A stretch of DNA of 64,000 bases from Candidatus Melainabacteria bacterium (GCA_030696635.1 JAUYRX010000024.1:41401-105400), one strand, 5' to 3'; shown: positions 1 to 9,746, numbered from the stretch's first letter. Numbers and translations: made by a program. Notes: a model not told the origin generated them from the letters alone.

Positions 1-870
1 TGCTTGTAATTCGGAGCTGTTCAATGGCAGTTCGACAATGCGTTTGACGCCGCTGCGACCAAGCACAACGGGTAAACCCACATAAACATTGTTGAGACCA
101 TACTGACCAGTGGCCAAAACTGAGCATGGCAGCAGACGGTTCTGATCTTGCAGAATCGCCTCGACCATAAGAGCAACAGAAGCACCCGGTGCATAGTAGG
201 CACTGCCAGACTTCAAGTAACTGACGATCTCAGCACCTCCGTCTCTGGTTCGCACTGCTAACTCTTGCAGACGAGCTTCGGAAATTAACTCTAAAGCAGG
301 AATACCATTGACTGAAGAATGACGCAACAATGGCACCATAAGGTCGCCGTGACCCCCTAGAACCATCGCTTTTACATCCACGGGGCTAACCGCTAACTCC
401 GCAGCAATAAAGGTCTGAAAACGACCGCTATCAAGCACCCCTGCCATGCCAATAACGCGCTGGCTGGGTAAACCTGTAATTTGATAGGCCAGCTGAGTCA
501 TCACATCCAGAGGATTAGTGACAATGACAAAAACGGCATCAGGTGAGAGTTTCACCGCTTGCTCGGCAGCACTGCTAACAATTTGAGCATTGATTTTGAG
601 CAATTGGTCGCGACTCATTCCCTCTTTTCGCGGAATACCAGCAGTAATAACGACCACATCAGAATTGGCGGTACTTTCATAACCACTTGCGCCAGAGAGA
701 TGAGCGCAATGAGAGGTAACCGGCCCGGTCTGAAGCAAATCCAGAGATTTACCCATAGCAGCGCCCTCGTTGATGTCGATGAGCACAACATCTGCCAAAT
801 TTCTCATGGCTATGTATTGTGCAGCTGTAGCGCCGACATTGCCGGCTCCGATAATTGAGACTTTGAACAT
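1..870 (-). CDS. mdh: NAD-dependent malate dehydrogenase (LDH-like MDH family); C-terminal ~25 aa lie outside the window
   Basis: Own translation of the minus strand from ATG 870-868; it is absent from the ORF track because it runs off the window. Motifs: MFKVSIIGAGNVGATAA (Rossmann GxGxxG), ITAGIPRKEGMSRDQLL, VTNPLD, GGHGD. Open for 290 codons to position 1. AAGGAA SD lies 5 nt upstream. Confidence 0.9.
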   Translation of the reverse strand, partial: MFKVSIIGAGNVGATAAQYIAMRNLADVVLIDINEGAAMGKSLDLLQTGPVTSHCAHLSGASGYESTANSDVVVITAGIPRKEGMSRDQLLKINAQIVSSAAEQAVKLSPDAVFVIVTNPLDVMTQLAYQITGLPSQRVIGMAGVLDSGRFQTFIAAELAVSPVDVKAMVLGGHGDLMVPLLRHSSVNGIPALELISEARLQELAVRTRDGGAEIVSYLKSGSAYYAPGASVALMVEAILQDQNRLLPCSVLATGQYGLNNVYVGLPVVLGRSGVKRIVELPLNSSELQA

Positions 871-1382
871 GATTGTTCCTTGGTTGGGGCTGTTCCACAG
901 GCAACGCAATTGAGTGCGGCTGCTGGTACTTAGCGGTTGATGGTTGGTTGCTTAGTTGGTGGCGACTGGCAGAAAATGTCTAGTAGTAAGGAGGTGACAG
1001 GAAGAATAGAAACTCAGACTAGTATTTGTGAATAAACAACTTCAAGACCGCACTGACGAGTGATAGTAGCCACTGACAACGCATGCCGTAACTACTGACA
1101 AAAGCCAAACGGAAGCAGCATGCGGCGATAGAACTAGAGCTTGAGTCGTTTTCGCTAGCTGCGCTAGTTCGGGTTATTTCTTTCCTCTAACTTGCCACCG
1201 AGCAACCTTTTTCCACATTGCACTAACTCTAGAATAAGCTACTTTACTACTCCTGCTTTTCAAGCAAGGCGAAACAAGCTGCATCTTCCCCTGTTTTATT
1301 GCACGGCGAAAAACCTCAAATTTGATGTCCAAAATTGAAATGAGGCGGATAGTAACCGTTAACGCACTTACTAGGGTCTAAC

Positions 1383-2150
1383 ATGCCAGCAATAGAAGAT
1401 ACAACAAAAACAACTGAGCGTATGGCAATTGCTCAGGGTTCATGGCAGATAGAGCAGCAATCCTTTAAGTCGACGATTGAAGTAGATAGTTTGCAAGCCT
1501 GCAGAATGGAGTCATACGGACTGCCGAATGGAAACATACCTTCCCTCTGGAACGTTCAAGAGTTGCCAGAACCCAATGCAGATAATAGGTTCAATGGTTG
1601 GCCTGCCAAAGCTTTTACTGCCAGCTCCACTTTGCCAGACCTGCAAATTACTGATGACCAAGATTCGAGCGTTATTGAAGTAGCAAAGGATCTTGCCGTC
1701 GGAGCAATTGACGAGCTAACCAATCACCCTGGCAGGGTTCTAGGGAGTGCGGCAATTGGCTTAGGAGTAGGAATCGGTGCAACTTTCGTATCACCTGTGG
1801 TAATAGGAGCCGGGCTAGTTATGGCTGGCGGCTATGGTCTCTACACGTTAGCGAACAAGGTTCCAACATGGGTAGACGCAGCTAAAGTAGTCTCCAATCC
1901 GAACGACTATTCCCTAGAGCAGAAGATGAAGGCGCACAGCACTCTCCAAGATGTAGGCGCAGGAACAGTTACGTTAGTAGCCAGTGCAATCGGCGCCCTT
2001 GGCACAGCACCTGCAACAGCAGCGATTAAATCAGTATTTCCCTCGATGGCAAGGACAGCAGGTCATAATGCCGGCAGTACCTTTGGAGCGGCCATTTTTG
2101 ATGATGTCGTAGTGCCGATTGTAGCAACCAGAGGCAAAGACGGTGTGTGA
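1383..2150 (+). CDS. Hypothetical protein with a Gly/Ala-rich hydrophobic module
   Basis: 255-aa ORF with no signal peptide. Gly/Ala-rich stretches: GSAAIGLGVGIGATFVSPVVIGAGLVMAGGYGLY and VGAGTVTLVASAIGALGTAPA. No clear SD, so the start is uncertain. The module resembles the N-terminal regions of 10197-11465 and 41318-43321. Confidence 0.5.
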   Translation: MPAIEDTTKTTERMAIAQGSWQIEQQSFKSTIEVDSLQACRMESYGLPNGNIPSLWNVQELPEPNADNRFNGWPAKAFTASSTLPDLQITDDQDSSVIEVAKDLAVGAIDELTNHPGRVLGSAAIGLGVGIGATFVSPVVIGAGLVMAGGYGLYTLANKVPTWVDAAKVVSNPNDYSLEQKMKAHSTLQDVGAGTVTLVASAIGALGTAPATAAIKSVFPSMARTAGHNAGSTFGAAIFDDVVVPIVATRGKDGV

Positions 2151-2321
2151 TGGGCCTGTGCGAAGACTAATCACTAGGGGCATTCTTCTACGCTCTTCGC
2201 AGGCATGACCAACAAACTTTTTACCTTTTTCCCCAATCAGAATCGACCGGTCTACTTGCAATTCCCTAAAAAAAACAGGGCAAAATTTTTGTTAGCCCTG
2301 AGCAAGTCCTGAGCAAGTCCT

Positions 2322-2363
2322 GAGAAGGAAGAGACAGCCATTTAGCCACATCTACTTCCTTCT
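2322..2363. terminator. Perfect 10-bp inverted repeat between convergent genes (possible bidirectional terminator)
   Basis: GAGAAGGAAG (2322-2331) and CTTCCTTCTC (2354-2363) with a 22-nt loop. No clear U-tract on either strand. Confidence 0.3.
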
Positions 2364-2414
2364 CTAAATTCAAGACCAATAATCAAAAGAAAATACTCCG
2401 CTAAAGCTACCCAG

Positions 2415-3218
2415 CTAAATTGCCACTAACTGTCCAGTCGATTTAAGATCGCGTGGTGCAAGTTGTTCAACAATCTGATGACGCACAAGCGCTGTCAGTT
2501 GCTCAGGGCTAGCTGTTGCACTAGAGTCAAGCCAAATTGGTGCACCAATATTAACAGTGACACCATGACGCCAAGCAAATTTCATGGCACCGTATGGGCC
2601 TTTTGCCGATTGCGAATGGTAGCCATGAAAAGAAAGATGCATTGGCACAATACCAACTCGCTCTTGCTTATCTAACTTTGCAGCGGCACCAAGAGCAATA
2701 ATTGCTGAGCCCAGCTTGAACTCGCCATTCATGCCAATTTTGCCTTCAGGAAAAATCACAAGCGAATCGCCACTAAGCAGTACGTTTATAGCAGGCTCAA
2801 TCACTGTTTTGCCCTTAGATCTATCTACGGCAAATGAACCGCAGGCACCCATAAAGACAGCCTTTAAACCGCCGAAGCCAGTCATTTCTTCGATGGCAGT
2901 CATGTAACGGGGGTAGCACTTTAGTACTGAGTAAATCAAAATTGGGTCAAACATACTGACGTGATTGGAGCAAAAAACAATGCGTCCGCCACAATCCAAA
3001 TGTTCATTACCGACAATTTTTACGCGACCAACCTGAATAAAGATCCAGAGCTTGGCCAAGAACTTGCCGATAAACTGCAGAGGCAAGAAGACAACTGGCA
3101 CAAAGCCACTTGTAAGACAGCGCTGAGCGTACTGCCAAACAAATTTCTGCTTAATTGCGGCAAAGACATGACCAAAAGGTGCATCTTTGTGCATCAATTC
3201 TAAAAAATAAATTTTCAT
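2415..3218 (-). CDS. Lysophospholipid/glycerol-phosphate acyltransferase family protein (PlsC-like)
   Basis: HX4D motif NHVSMFD and an FPEGK block. Start moved to ATG 3218 (MKIYFLE) with AAGGAGG SD 6 nt upstream. The longer ORF to 3281 would read through a terminator hairpin. Confidence 0.8.
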   Translation of the reverse strand: MKIYFLELMHKDAPFGHVFAAIKQKFVWQYAQRCLTSGFVPVVFLPLQFIGKFLAKLWIFIQVGRVKIVGNEHLDCGGRIVFCSNHVSMFDPILIYSVLKCYPRYMTAIEEMTGFGGLKAVFMGACGSFAVDRSKGKTVIEPAINVLLSGDSLVIFPEGKIGMNGEFKLGSAIIALGAAAKLDKQERVGIVPMHLSFHGYHSQSAKGPYGAMKFAWRHGVTVNIGAPIWLDSSATASPEQLTALVRHQIVEQLAPRDLKSTGQLVAI

Positions 3219-3259
3219 TTTAAGCCTCCTTGCGCGAGACCCCAATATCTGAGGCAGCG

Positions 3260-3307
3260 CAAAACAACGACCACGCAGCAAGGCTTTATCAGCAGCTGGC
3301 GTGGTCG
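3260..3307 (-). terminator. Rho-independent terminator downstream of the RseP-like gene
   Basis: Minus-strand hairpin CGACCACGC / GCGTGGTCG (3268-3276 and 3299-3307) followed by TTGTTTTG. A second perfect 10-bp hairpin GAGTGAAGCG / CGCTTCACTC lies at 3328-3358. Confidence 0.55.
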
Positions 3308-3376
3308 ATTACGTGATACTAGTGAAAGAGTGAAGCGTGATCTCAGTCCGCTTCACTCAAAGTTCTTGTTAGATAG

Positions 3377-4576
3377 TTACTGTGATTTGGACGTTCTAAA
3401 CTTCGCCAAGAATGGCAGGGAGTAATAGAAAAGCGCACATACAGCTACTACCACTATAGGAACAGCCCAAAAATTTCCCACCATCACGAGCATGTCGTTA
3501 TACAGTGCCAGAAAAAATAGGCCGATAAAAAACAACACAGTGGCGGCAACTAAGTAGCCGTGCACGGGAGCCGAAAGGGGTCGTCCGCGATATCTCTCTA
3601 GTGCCAAAAGCACTAGTTGCCCGCCATCTAAAATTGGTAAGGGTACGAGATTCAGCACAGCCAGAGCAATGCTAAGCATGGCAGCAAATGAAATGCTAGC
3701 TACCAAACCACTATTGACCTGCTTACCACCTTCGCTAACGATGCCAACGACACTGCTAACGTGATCGAGGTTCTCACCTTGAAACAACTGGCCGTACATA
3801 CCTAGGGTTTGTTTAGTCAGACTAGCGCTCTCAGAGAAAGCCTCAATAACCGCTCTTCCTGCACTGACCTCCTTGAATACTTGCTCAGTATGCACCCCAA
3901 CGGCTATGCCAATTTTGCCCTCAGAGTTAGGAACGAGAGTGACAGTCTTGGTTTGACCAAGGTGATTGACAAGCATAGTGACAGTCTGCAATTTACGTTC
4001 TTCCATGATGCGCACAATCTGCTCTGGCTTCTCGATAGCAACTCCCTCAATAGCCAGGAATATGTCTCCTCTTTCCAGACCAGCAGCTGCAGCTGTAGAA
4101 ACACTGCTAGAGAGATCAGTGAGGTACACATCTTTGACAGCCATCTCCGGTACGCCTTTAATGGCAAAGAGCAAAAAGAAGAGCACAACTGGGATAAGCA
4201 AATTCATTGCCGGCCCCGCTGCTAAAGTAGCAGCACGACCAGTGAAGGAAGCGCGAGCAAAAGACTGATCATCGGGTTTGATAAAACCACCCACAGGAAA
4301 AGGTCTGAGCTGAAATTCAGTACCAAAAGCACGGCCCATTACTTTTACCTGGCTGGCACTACCTAAACCAACCGAAAAAACTGGCACATCAATACCTGAA
4401 ATACGAGCAACTATCCAGTGCCCGAATTCGTGCAGTGTAATCAAGGCACTAAGAATCAGCAAGGTTGAGACCATACCAAATATCTTGGCCGAAACAATAG
4501 AAGCCAGCAATACAGCCGCAACTATCAGCACTGTCGTTGAAGGGCGTTTTCTCATTCTCATGACTAACTCATTCAT
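3377..4576 (-). CDS. rseP: M50 site-2 intramembrane zinc metalloprotease with PDZ domain (RseP/RasP-like)
   Basis: HEFGHWIVAR (HExxH), a central PDZ-like segment, and the second motif NLVPLPILDGG. Start set to ATG 4576 (MNELVMRMRK) with GGAGAA SD. It overlaps the stop of the upstream gene (ATGAATGA). Confidence 0.85.
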   Translation of the reverse strand: MNELVMRMRKRPSTTVLIVAAVLLASIVSAKIFGMVSTLLILSALITLHEFGHWIVARISGIDVPVFSVGLGSASQVKVMGRAFGTEFQLRPFPVGGFIKPDDQSFARASFTGRAATLAAGPAMNLLIPVVLFFLLFAIKGVPEMAVKDVYLTDLSSSVSTAAAAGLERGDIFLAIEGVAIEKPEQIVRIMEERKLQTVTMLVNHLGQTKTVTLVPNSEGKIGIAVGVHTEQVFKEVSAGRAVIEAFSESASLTKQTLGMYGQLFQGENLDHVSSVVGIVSEGGKQVNSGLVASISFAAMLSIALAVLNLVPLPILDGGQLVLLALERYRGRPLSAPVHGYLVAATVLFFIGLFFLALYNDMLVMVGNFWAVPIVVVAVCALFYYSLPFLAKFRTSKSQ

Positions 4577-5453
4577 GACTTTCTCCTGAAGCAAGTTCAA
4601 TTGCTTTGACACGCTGGTATAGCTTGAAGCAGCCATACCAGCAAGAAGCATAGATGGCAACCATCACGGCGTAGACCAAAGCAGTTTTCGATTGAGCTAA
4701 TGTATCCCACAGGCCATGCAAAAAAATGGTGCTAGCCAGGCCAAGCAAGAGCATGGCGTAGCGTTGAGGTGTCGCCATAAATCTAGACATACCAAATGCT
4801 GCGCCCCAAATTGTTCCATAAAGAGCATGCAAGGGTACGCGCACAAAGCTGCCTAATAAGAATGCCTGAAAAGCGCTTCCGTGCTCAGCCGATGCAGGTA
4901 GGCCACCTTCATTGCCATAGGTCATCAGGTCATAGATGTAGAGATTATGATAGGTGTTCTCGTAAGCAGCAAAGCCCAAAGAAGCAGCCCAGGCAAGGAC
5001 GATACCATCAACCGGAGACTTAATAGCTCCAGGCGAGAGATAGCGAACGACCAGTAGCACGGCTGAAAATTTCAACAATTCCTCCACCACCCCCACCCGC
5101 AGCATGAAATATGTGAGGAGGTTTTTGCCACCAGCCATAGCGCCAAACAAATTGTTTAGTGCTTCGCCTAAGTTGACAAACACAGGCGCCACAACAATAG
5201 CGACGCAAAGGCACAAGGCAATTGACATCAAATCTGGTTTGGGACGATCGAGGGCAACGCTTGACTGCGAAAATGCCACGGGCAAAACGGCACTGCCGGT
5301 CAGCCATAACAAGAAAAATAACCAAGCGAGCGGAACAAGTACAGAAGCCAAGCCCAGCCACAAACCAATGGCACTAGAGCTTACGGCCAAGAGCAACAAA
5401 GCGCCAGCATAAACAATGCGGCGCGACGTAGAAGCCGAAATATTGAGGTTCAT
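4569..5453 (-). CDS. PrsW-family intramembrane protease-like protein
   Basis: Polytopic protein with VVEELLKF (EExxK), AAYENTYH, HALYGTIWG and FLHGLWD motifs, as I recall for PrsW-type proteases. Start set to ATG 5453 (MNLNISAST) with GAGGAG SD. Confidence 0.7.
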   Translation of the reverse strand: MNLNISASTSRRIVYAGALLLLAVSSSAIGLWLGLASVLVPLAWLFFLLWLTGSAVLPVAFSQSSVALDRPKPDLMSIALCLCVAIVVAPVFVNLGEALNNLFGAMAGGKNLLTYFMLRVGVVEELLKFSAVLLVVRYLSPGAIKSPVDGIVLAWAASLGFAAYENTYHNLYIYDLMTYGNEGGLPASAEHGSAFQAFLLGSFVRVPLHALYGTIWGAAFGMSRFMATPQRYAMLLLGLASTIFLHGLWDTLAQSKTALVYAVMVAIYASCWYGCFKLYQRVKAIELASGESHE

Positions 5454-5511
5454 AAAATTCTCCTCTTGCCCCTTAGGGCAAGAATTAAAATGTTGCAAAT
5501 ACTGCCAGTGA

Positions 5512-7320
5512 TTAGCTAGCAGACAGTTCCCAACGACCATCACCCAGCAGAGTCAGAGACTGCTGATGGTAGGCGTCTAGGGAAGGACGATGACCGACCG
5601 AAACATAGGTAGCACCACTAGCCTTGAGAGTGCCATAGAGCAGCTCTTCATCAGCAATACCAAGAGCACTCGTGGCTTCGTCCAGAAAGACATATTTGGG
5701 CTTAGCCAGCAAAAAGCGAGCAAAAGCCAAACGTTGCTGCTCACCAGGCGACAGTTCACTACTCCATGGCCGAATAGCTGGATGACCTTGACCATCAGAT
5801 TGACCTTCACCAGGATAGCCATCAAGGCCACCAGGATAGCGAGTAGCAAGGAAACCAACATTAGCCTGATTGAGGGCGGCAACTAAATCTTTGTCAGTCA
5901 AATTAGTAGTAACGTTAGGGTAGAGCAATTGCTCACGCAAGCTGCCCAGGCTCATGTATGGGCTCTGTGACAAGAACATCACTGCCGATAGTTGCGGGCG
6001 AGTAATAGTGCCATCACCAGAGCGCCAGAGGCCAGCAATAGCTCGTAAAATAGAACTCTTGCCACTACCACTTGGTCCTTTGATAATAATACCGCTGCCG
6101 TTCGCTACATGTAGTGTGAGATCTTCTACCAACAAGCGCTTGTAGTCAGGTGTTCTCACTGACACTGAGTCTAGTGCAATTTGATCAGCAAAAGTAGTAA
6201 CAATTGCCGTATGGCCATCACTGTCTGCTAAATCTTCTGAATTAACAGCATCCAATAGACCAGTAACACGTTTGACGTTGGCAGCAAAAGTACTGATTGT
6301 GCCAATTTGCGAGACGAACAATGAAAGAGCAGCAAGTACCTGGCTAAATGCCATATTGGCTTGGGTAAAAGCACCAATCTGCAAATCACCACGCAAATAA
6401 ACAGGCAAAATCACAGCGAACGGAACAATAGCGACAAAATAATCAAACCAAGTGGTGAACAAACTCACTTGACGCTGATACCCAATCAAACTCAAATTGT
6501 TCTTGATAGCAGCATGAAAACGCTTCAACAGCTGCTTCCACTCGGCCTGTTCGCCTTGATAAAAGGCAATAGGTTCGACGTTATTGCGCACATTGATTAA
6601 GCCAAAGCGATAGTCAGCTTCTAAGCGGGTTTGATTGTATTTTAAGCCAATCAATTTCACCGACAACCAAATCGAAATCAAACTACCGAAGGTAGCGTAC
6701 AAAATCGAAATTGCTGTGAGCGAACCAGACAAGCCCCAGAGAATCTGGGTGAAGAAAAAGAGAGTAACAATAGCATCAAGCACTGATAGAACCAGAGTAA
6801 CAGCCCCAGTGACAAAACCATCAACATCATTAGCAATTCGCTCATCAGGGTTTTCTACCAGTGAGGCATTGGAGATGCGGTAGTAATTGCGGTTGCTGAA
6901 ATACTGTTTGAGAATGTCTTCAGTCAACCACTGCCGCCAAACAATGCCGAGCAAACTGCGTAGCCAAGCGTAGAAGACAACAACTGGGGCGGCAAATATG
7001 AAAATTTGAGCCAAGACCCAAAGATTAGTCCAGGCAATATTAGCTAAGCCACCGTCTTTGGCTGCATCAGGTAGAGCGTTCTGAAAATTGCCATAGGCGC
7101 CGTTGATCATGGCATTCATTTTGCTCACACCAATCAAAAAGATGACAAGCAAAACCACTAATGTCCATGCTTTTACCCGTGTTTGCAGAGCAAATTTAAT
7201 ACCAATCAGCGGTACAGTCACCTCTGACTTTTCCCGTGAAAGAAAGAAAGGCTTGGCCAGGGCCAATACACTGAGCCAAAGAGACGAGCTAAAAATGCTC
7301 GTTCTATTTTCGGTTTCCAT
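5512..7320 (-). CDS. ABC half-transporter (fused permease plus ATPase, ABCD/SbmA-BacA-like TMD)
   Basis: N-terminal multi-TM region plus an NBD. Walker A GPSGSGKSS, signature LSPGEQQRLAFAR, Walker B YVFLDEATSAL. A Gly/Pro-rich insert (RYPGGLDGYPGEGQSDGQGHP) precedes the signature. Confidence 0.85.
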   Translation of the reverse strand: METENRTSIFSSSLWLSVLALAKPFFLSREKSEVTVPLIGIKFALQTRVKAWTLVVLLVIFLIGVSKMNAMINGAYGNFQNALPDAAKDGGLANIAWTNLWVLAQIFIFAAPVVVFYAWLRSLLGIVWRQWLTEDILKQYFSNRNYYRISNASLVENPDERIANDVDGFVTGAVTLVLSVLDAIVTLFFFTQILWGLSGSLTAISILYATFGSLISIWLSVKLIGLKYNQTRLEADYRFGLINVRNNVEPIAFYQGEQAEWKQLLKRFHAAIKNNLSLIGYQRQVSLFTTWFDYFVAIVPFAVILPVYLRGDLQIGAFTQANMAFSQVLAALSLFVSQIGTISTFAANVKRVTGLLDAVNSEDLADSDGHTAIVTTFADQIALDSVSVRTPDYKRLLVEDLTLHVANGSGIIIKGPSGSGKSSILRAIAGLWRSGDGTITRPQLSAVMFLSQSPYMSLGSLREQLLYPNVTTNLTDKDLVAALNQANVGFLATRYPGGLDGYPGEGQSDGQGHPAIRPWSSELSPGEQQRLAFARFLLAKPKYVFLDEATSALGIADEELLYGTLKASGATYVSVGHRPSLDAYHQQSLTLLGDGRWELSAS

Positions 7321-7381
7321 AAGAATGCTTCCAAATTATTACTAGAACTCAGGTGCTCTAGTGTTCATTGATGAAATGGCA

Positions 7382-7408
7382 TTTCGGCGACAAAACTCAT
7401 CGCCGAAA
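7382..7408 (-). terminator. Hairpin downstream of the S1-domain gene
   Basis: TTTCGGCGA (7382-7390) / TCGCCGAAA (7400-7408), a 9-bp stem with a 9-nt loop. Only a weak U-tract on the minus strand. Confidence 0.4.
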
Positions 7409-7435
7409 CAACCAAGCTTTGGTTTGATTAGCTGC

Positions 7436-8026
7436 TTAGCTAGCTAGATCAATTTCCACTTCAACACCGTTTTCATCAGCACCAGTGGCAACGACCTCAA
7501 AGTCTTCGCCCTGCTTTGTCTGGCTCAGTGTCAATTTCAAATTATCATCAACGATTTCAATCTCGACAACATAAACTGACAGACGCTCACCAACTTCGAG
7601 GCCATCGAGAACTGAATCTCTCTCATAGCGGGTATCACCGACCATGCGCATGGCGTGCAGAAGACCAGAAACATGCCAGCCAGAAAGCTCCATAAAGGCG
7701 CCATATTCTTTCTTGCCAGTGACAACACCGATGATTTCTTCGTTCAAGGGAATGTACTGCATGACCTGGGCATTGTGCACGCTCTTTTCACTGAGAGCCA
7801 GCTTTGTTAGGCGTCCGTCTTTTTTGATATCCAACACTTCAACAAATACCTCAGCTCCGACTTCAACTGAACGAAGTCTGGCATTGCGTAAATTGGCACT
7901 GTTCCCGATCAGCTGGGATACATGCACGAGGCCAACGTGACGCTCACCGGCAATGGCGACCAAAATTCCAAAGTCAGTTTTTTTAGTGACTGTGCCAGAA
8001 TAGATTTGATTTTTACTAATACTCAT
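7436..8026 (-). CDS. RNA-binding protein with two S1 domains
   Basis: Two S1-like blocks: GTVTKKTDFGILVAIAGERHVGLVHVSQL and GVVTGKKEYGAFMELSGWHVSGLLHAMRM. GGAG SD upstream of ATG 8026. Confidence 0.8.
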   Translation of the reverse strand: MSISKNQIYSGTVTKKTDFGILVAIAGERHVGLVHVSQLIGNSANLRNARLRSVEVGAEVFVEVLDIKKDGRLTKLALSEKSVHNAQVMQYIPLNEEIIGVVTGKKEYGAFMELSGWHVSGLLHAMRMVGDTRYERDSVLDGLEVGERLSVYVVEIEIVDDNLKLTLSQTKQGEDFEVVATGADENGVEVEIDLAS

Positions 8027-8610
8027 GATTGTGCTCCAAAAGCGAAGGCCCTAGGTAATAGGGCAAAAAGGTTGTGGCGAATCAATAGCCCTGCTGGCTG
8101 GTAAAAAGCAGCACTAGGCTTGATTCGTATGTTTATTCGCGCACTCTTTGCTCTCAATCGGCACTGTCTGCACATAACGCCAATAGGCGCTAGTAAAAGC
8201 TGTAAATAGCAATTTGAATTTTGACAGGTATGCTTTAAATGCTCTAAGAGAAAGAAGTTGAACGAATACCAAAACGATACGAAAAGCCAAGCAGTACTTA
8301 CAACCACATTTAGCGAATTCGCTCGCTGCTAGTGCCTGAAACGGCCGATTTGGTGATACTTACAAATGCTCACATCTAAGAAAGCTACTGCACTAGAGAC
8401 AATTTCATGCTGCCGGAAAAGACACTTGAGCAGCGAACAATGAAGCAGCGCCCTATGCCACTCTCACGAGAGGATGCAACAGCCAAATTAACTTATAGAA
8501 AAAGCGTATGCTAACCTCGAGTGTCTCAGTCAAACTGAAATAATCAGTCTCTTTGCGTCAATCATGATCAAGCAAAACCGCGCCATACCGAATAAAATTG
8601 ACAGTCACTC

Positions 8611-8652
8611 GCCAACAAAATAAAGAGCAAGTGGTATTAGCACTTGCTCTTT
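8611..8652 (-). terminator. Rho-independent terminator downstream of the HAD gene
   Basis: Perfect 12-bp stem AAAGAGCAAGTG (8622-8633) / CACTTGCTCTTT (8641-8652). On the minus strand it is followed by ATTTTGTTGG. Confidence 0.6.
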
Positions 8653-8690
8653 AACTAGATTCACTTCTATGACCTTCGCAGAGCTTCCAA

Positions 8691-9746
8691 TCAGGCTACT
8701 GCATGCCGACAATTGCTGCCTAAAAGAGTGTCAGCGAGAACGTCATTTAACTGATCAAATCGGTCAAGCGAACTTAAGACTGGAACAGCGGGTGTAGCTT
8801 TGCTCTTGCCGCTTGAGAGCGAGGGGATGTGTGAAGCCAATTCAAGATAACGAGAGTGATCAAGATCATGATTGCCATAGTTAGCACGTACAAAGTGAAT
8901 AGGTCTATCGACCTGGCCATGAAGCTGCTGCTTCTTGCGCCATTGAGCAGCAGCAAGACCTTCTTTAGTGTCTTTGTCACCACAAATTAAAATTTGTCCC
9001 GATACCACACCCAACCTTTTGGCAATCAATTCAATTCCGCCAGAGCTTGGTTTAGCAAAAGCAGACGGGACAGACATATTGAGCAGAAGGTGTTGCTTGT
9101 TTATTTTCTCTTGCACGGCTTCAATTCTTCGGCGAGTGCTCTTGATGCAATCTCTATAACCACGCTGTCTCACTCTAGGATCTTCTGTGCGAATTGCCAC
9201 CACACCATCAACAAGAGGCAGCAAATTAGTTAGAGAAAGACGCTCAAGTGCTACCCACTCCGGTGAGTCAGTCAGTACGACAATTTTCAAGCCTTGGTGC
9301 TGACTACGAATCTGAGCCAAAGTTTCGTGCACACCTTGATAGACTTCTATTTTTTGATGCGCTGTGGCAAAAGATTGCCAGAAATGTTCTGACATCTCCT
9401 CTATCTTTTTATATGACAATGAGCGATGCAATTTCAAACGACAAGCTATTTCTTCAACAGCAAAACCATATTCGTGCAAAGTTGTCGCACTAGCGACTTC
9501 AGCAAAGAGATTGTTGATTAAACTAGTTGGAGCCTGCATCGCGCTAGCCAGCTCAGCAGTGGCGCTAAGAATGAAATCGGCAAACCAGCGTCTTGTATCG
9601 GTGAGAGTATTGTCTAGATCTAAGAGCAGTAAATTATCACCGTTCGCATTTCGTAGAGTGGTTGTATTAGAAGGTAAGCTAAAGCTCTCTTCTCGGGCAT
9701 CAATCAAACAGGCTTTTGGGCTGGTTGCACGATTGTTTCTTTGCAT
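8691..9746 (-). CDS. HAD-superfamily hydrolase-like protein with a large cap insertion
   Basis: Motif I LLLLDLDNTLTD (DxDxT), motif II VLTDS, motif III KPSSGG, motif IV GDKDTKEG. GGAGGAA SD before ATG 9746. Confidence 0.7.
   Translation of the reverse strand: MQRNNRATSPKACLIDAREESFSLPSNTTTLRNANGDNLLLLDLDNTLTDTRRWFADFILSATAELASAMQAPTSLINNLFAEVASATTLHEYGFAVEEIACRLKLHRSLSYKKIEEMSEHFWQSFATAHQKIEVYQGVHETLAQIRSQHQGLKIVVLTDSPEWVALERLSLTNLLPLVDGVVAIRTEDPRVRQRGYRDCIKSTRRRIEAVQEKINKQHLLLNMSVPSAFAKPSSGGIELIAKRLGVVSGQILICGDKDTKEGLAAAQWRKKQQLHGQVDRPIHFVRANYGNHDLDHSRYLELASHIPSLSSGKSKATPAVPVLSSLDRFDQLNDVLADTLLGSNCRHAVA

Noticed and set aside
559-858. 99-aa plus-strand ORF (and 21-203 minus)
   Set aside because: It lies inside and antisense to, or out of frame with, the clearly coding mdh gene. 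It has no motifs.
963-1382. Possible third copy of the CCACAG element (CACTGAC repeats at 1051, 1071 and 1093; ACTGACAACGCA similar to 11745-11760)
   Set aside because: The similarity is limited to short words with 20-22-nt spacing. It is not collinear with copies A and B, so the evidence is insufficient without a formal alignment.
3219-3281. N-terminal extensions of ORF-track entries (for example 2415-3281, 3377-4660, 4569-5543, 26746-26841, 32312-32386, 52702-52851, 44283-44324)
   Set aside because: Internal ATGs preceded by strong GGAG-type SDs, signal peptides or upstream terminators give more plausible starts. The extensions overlap neighbouring genes or hairpins.
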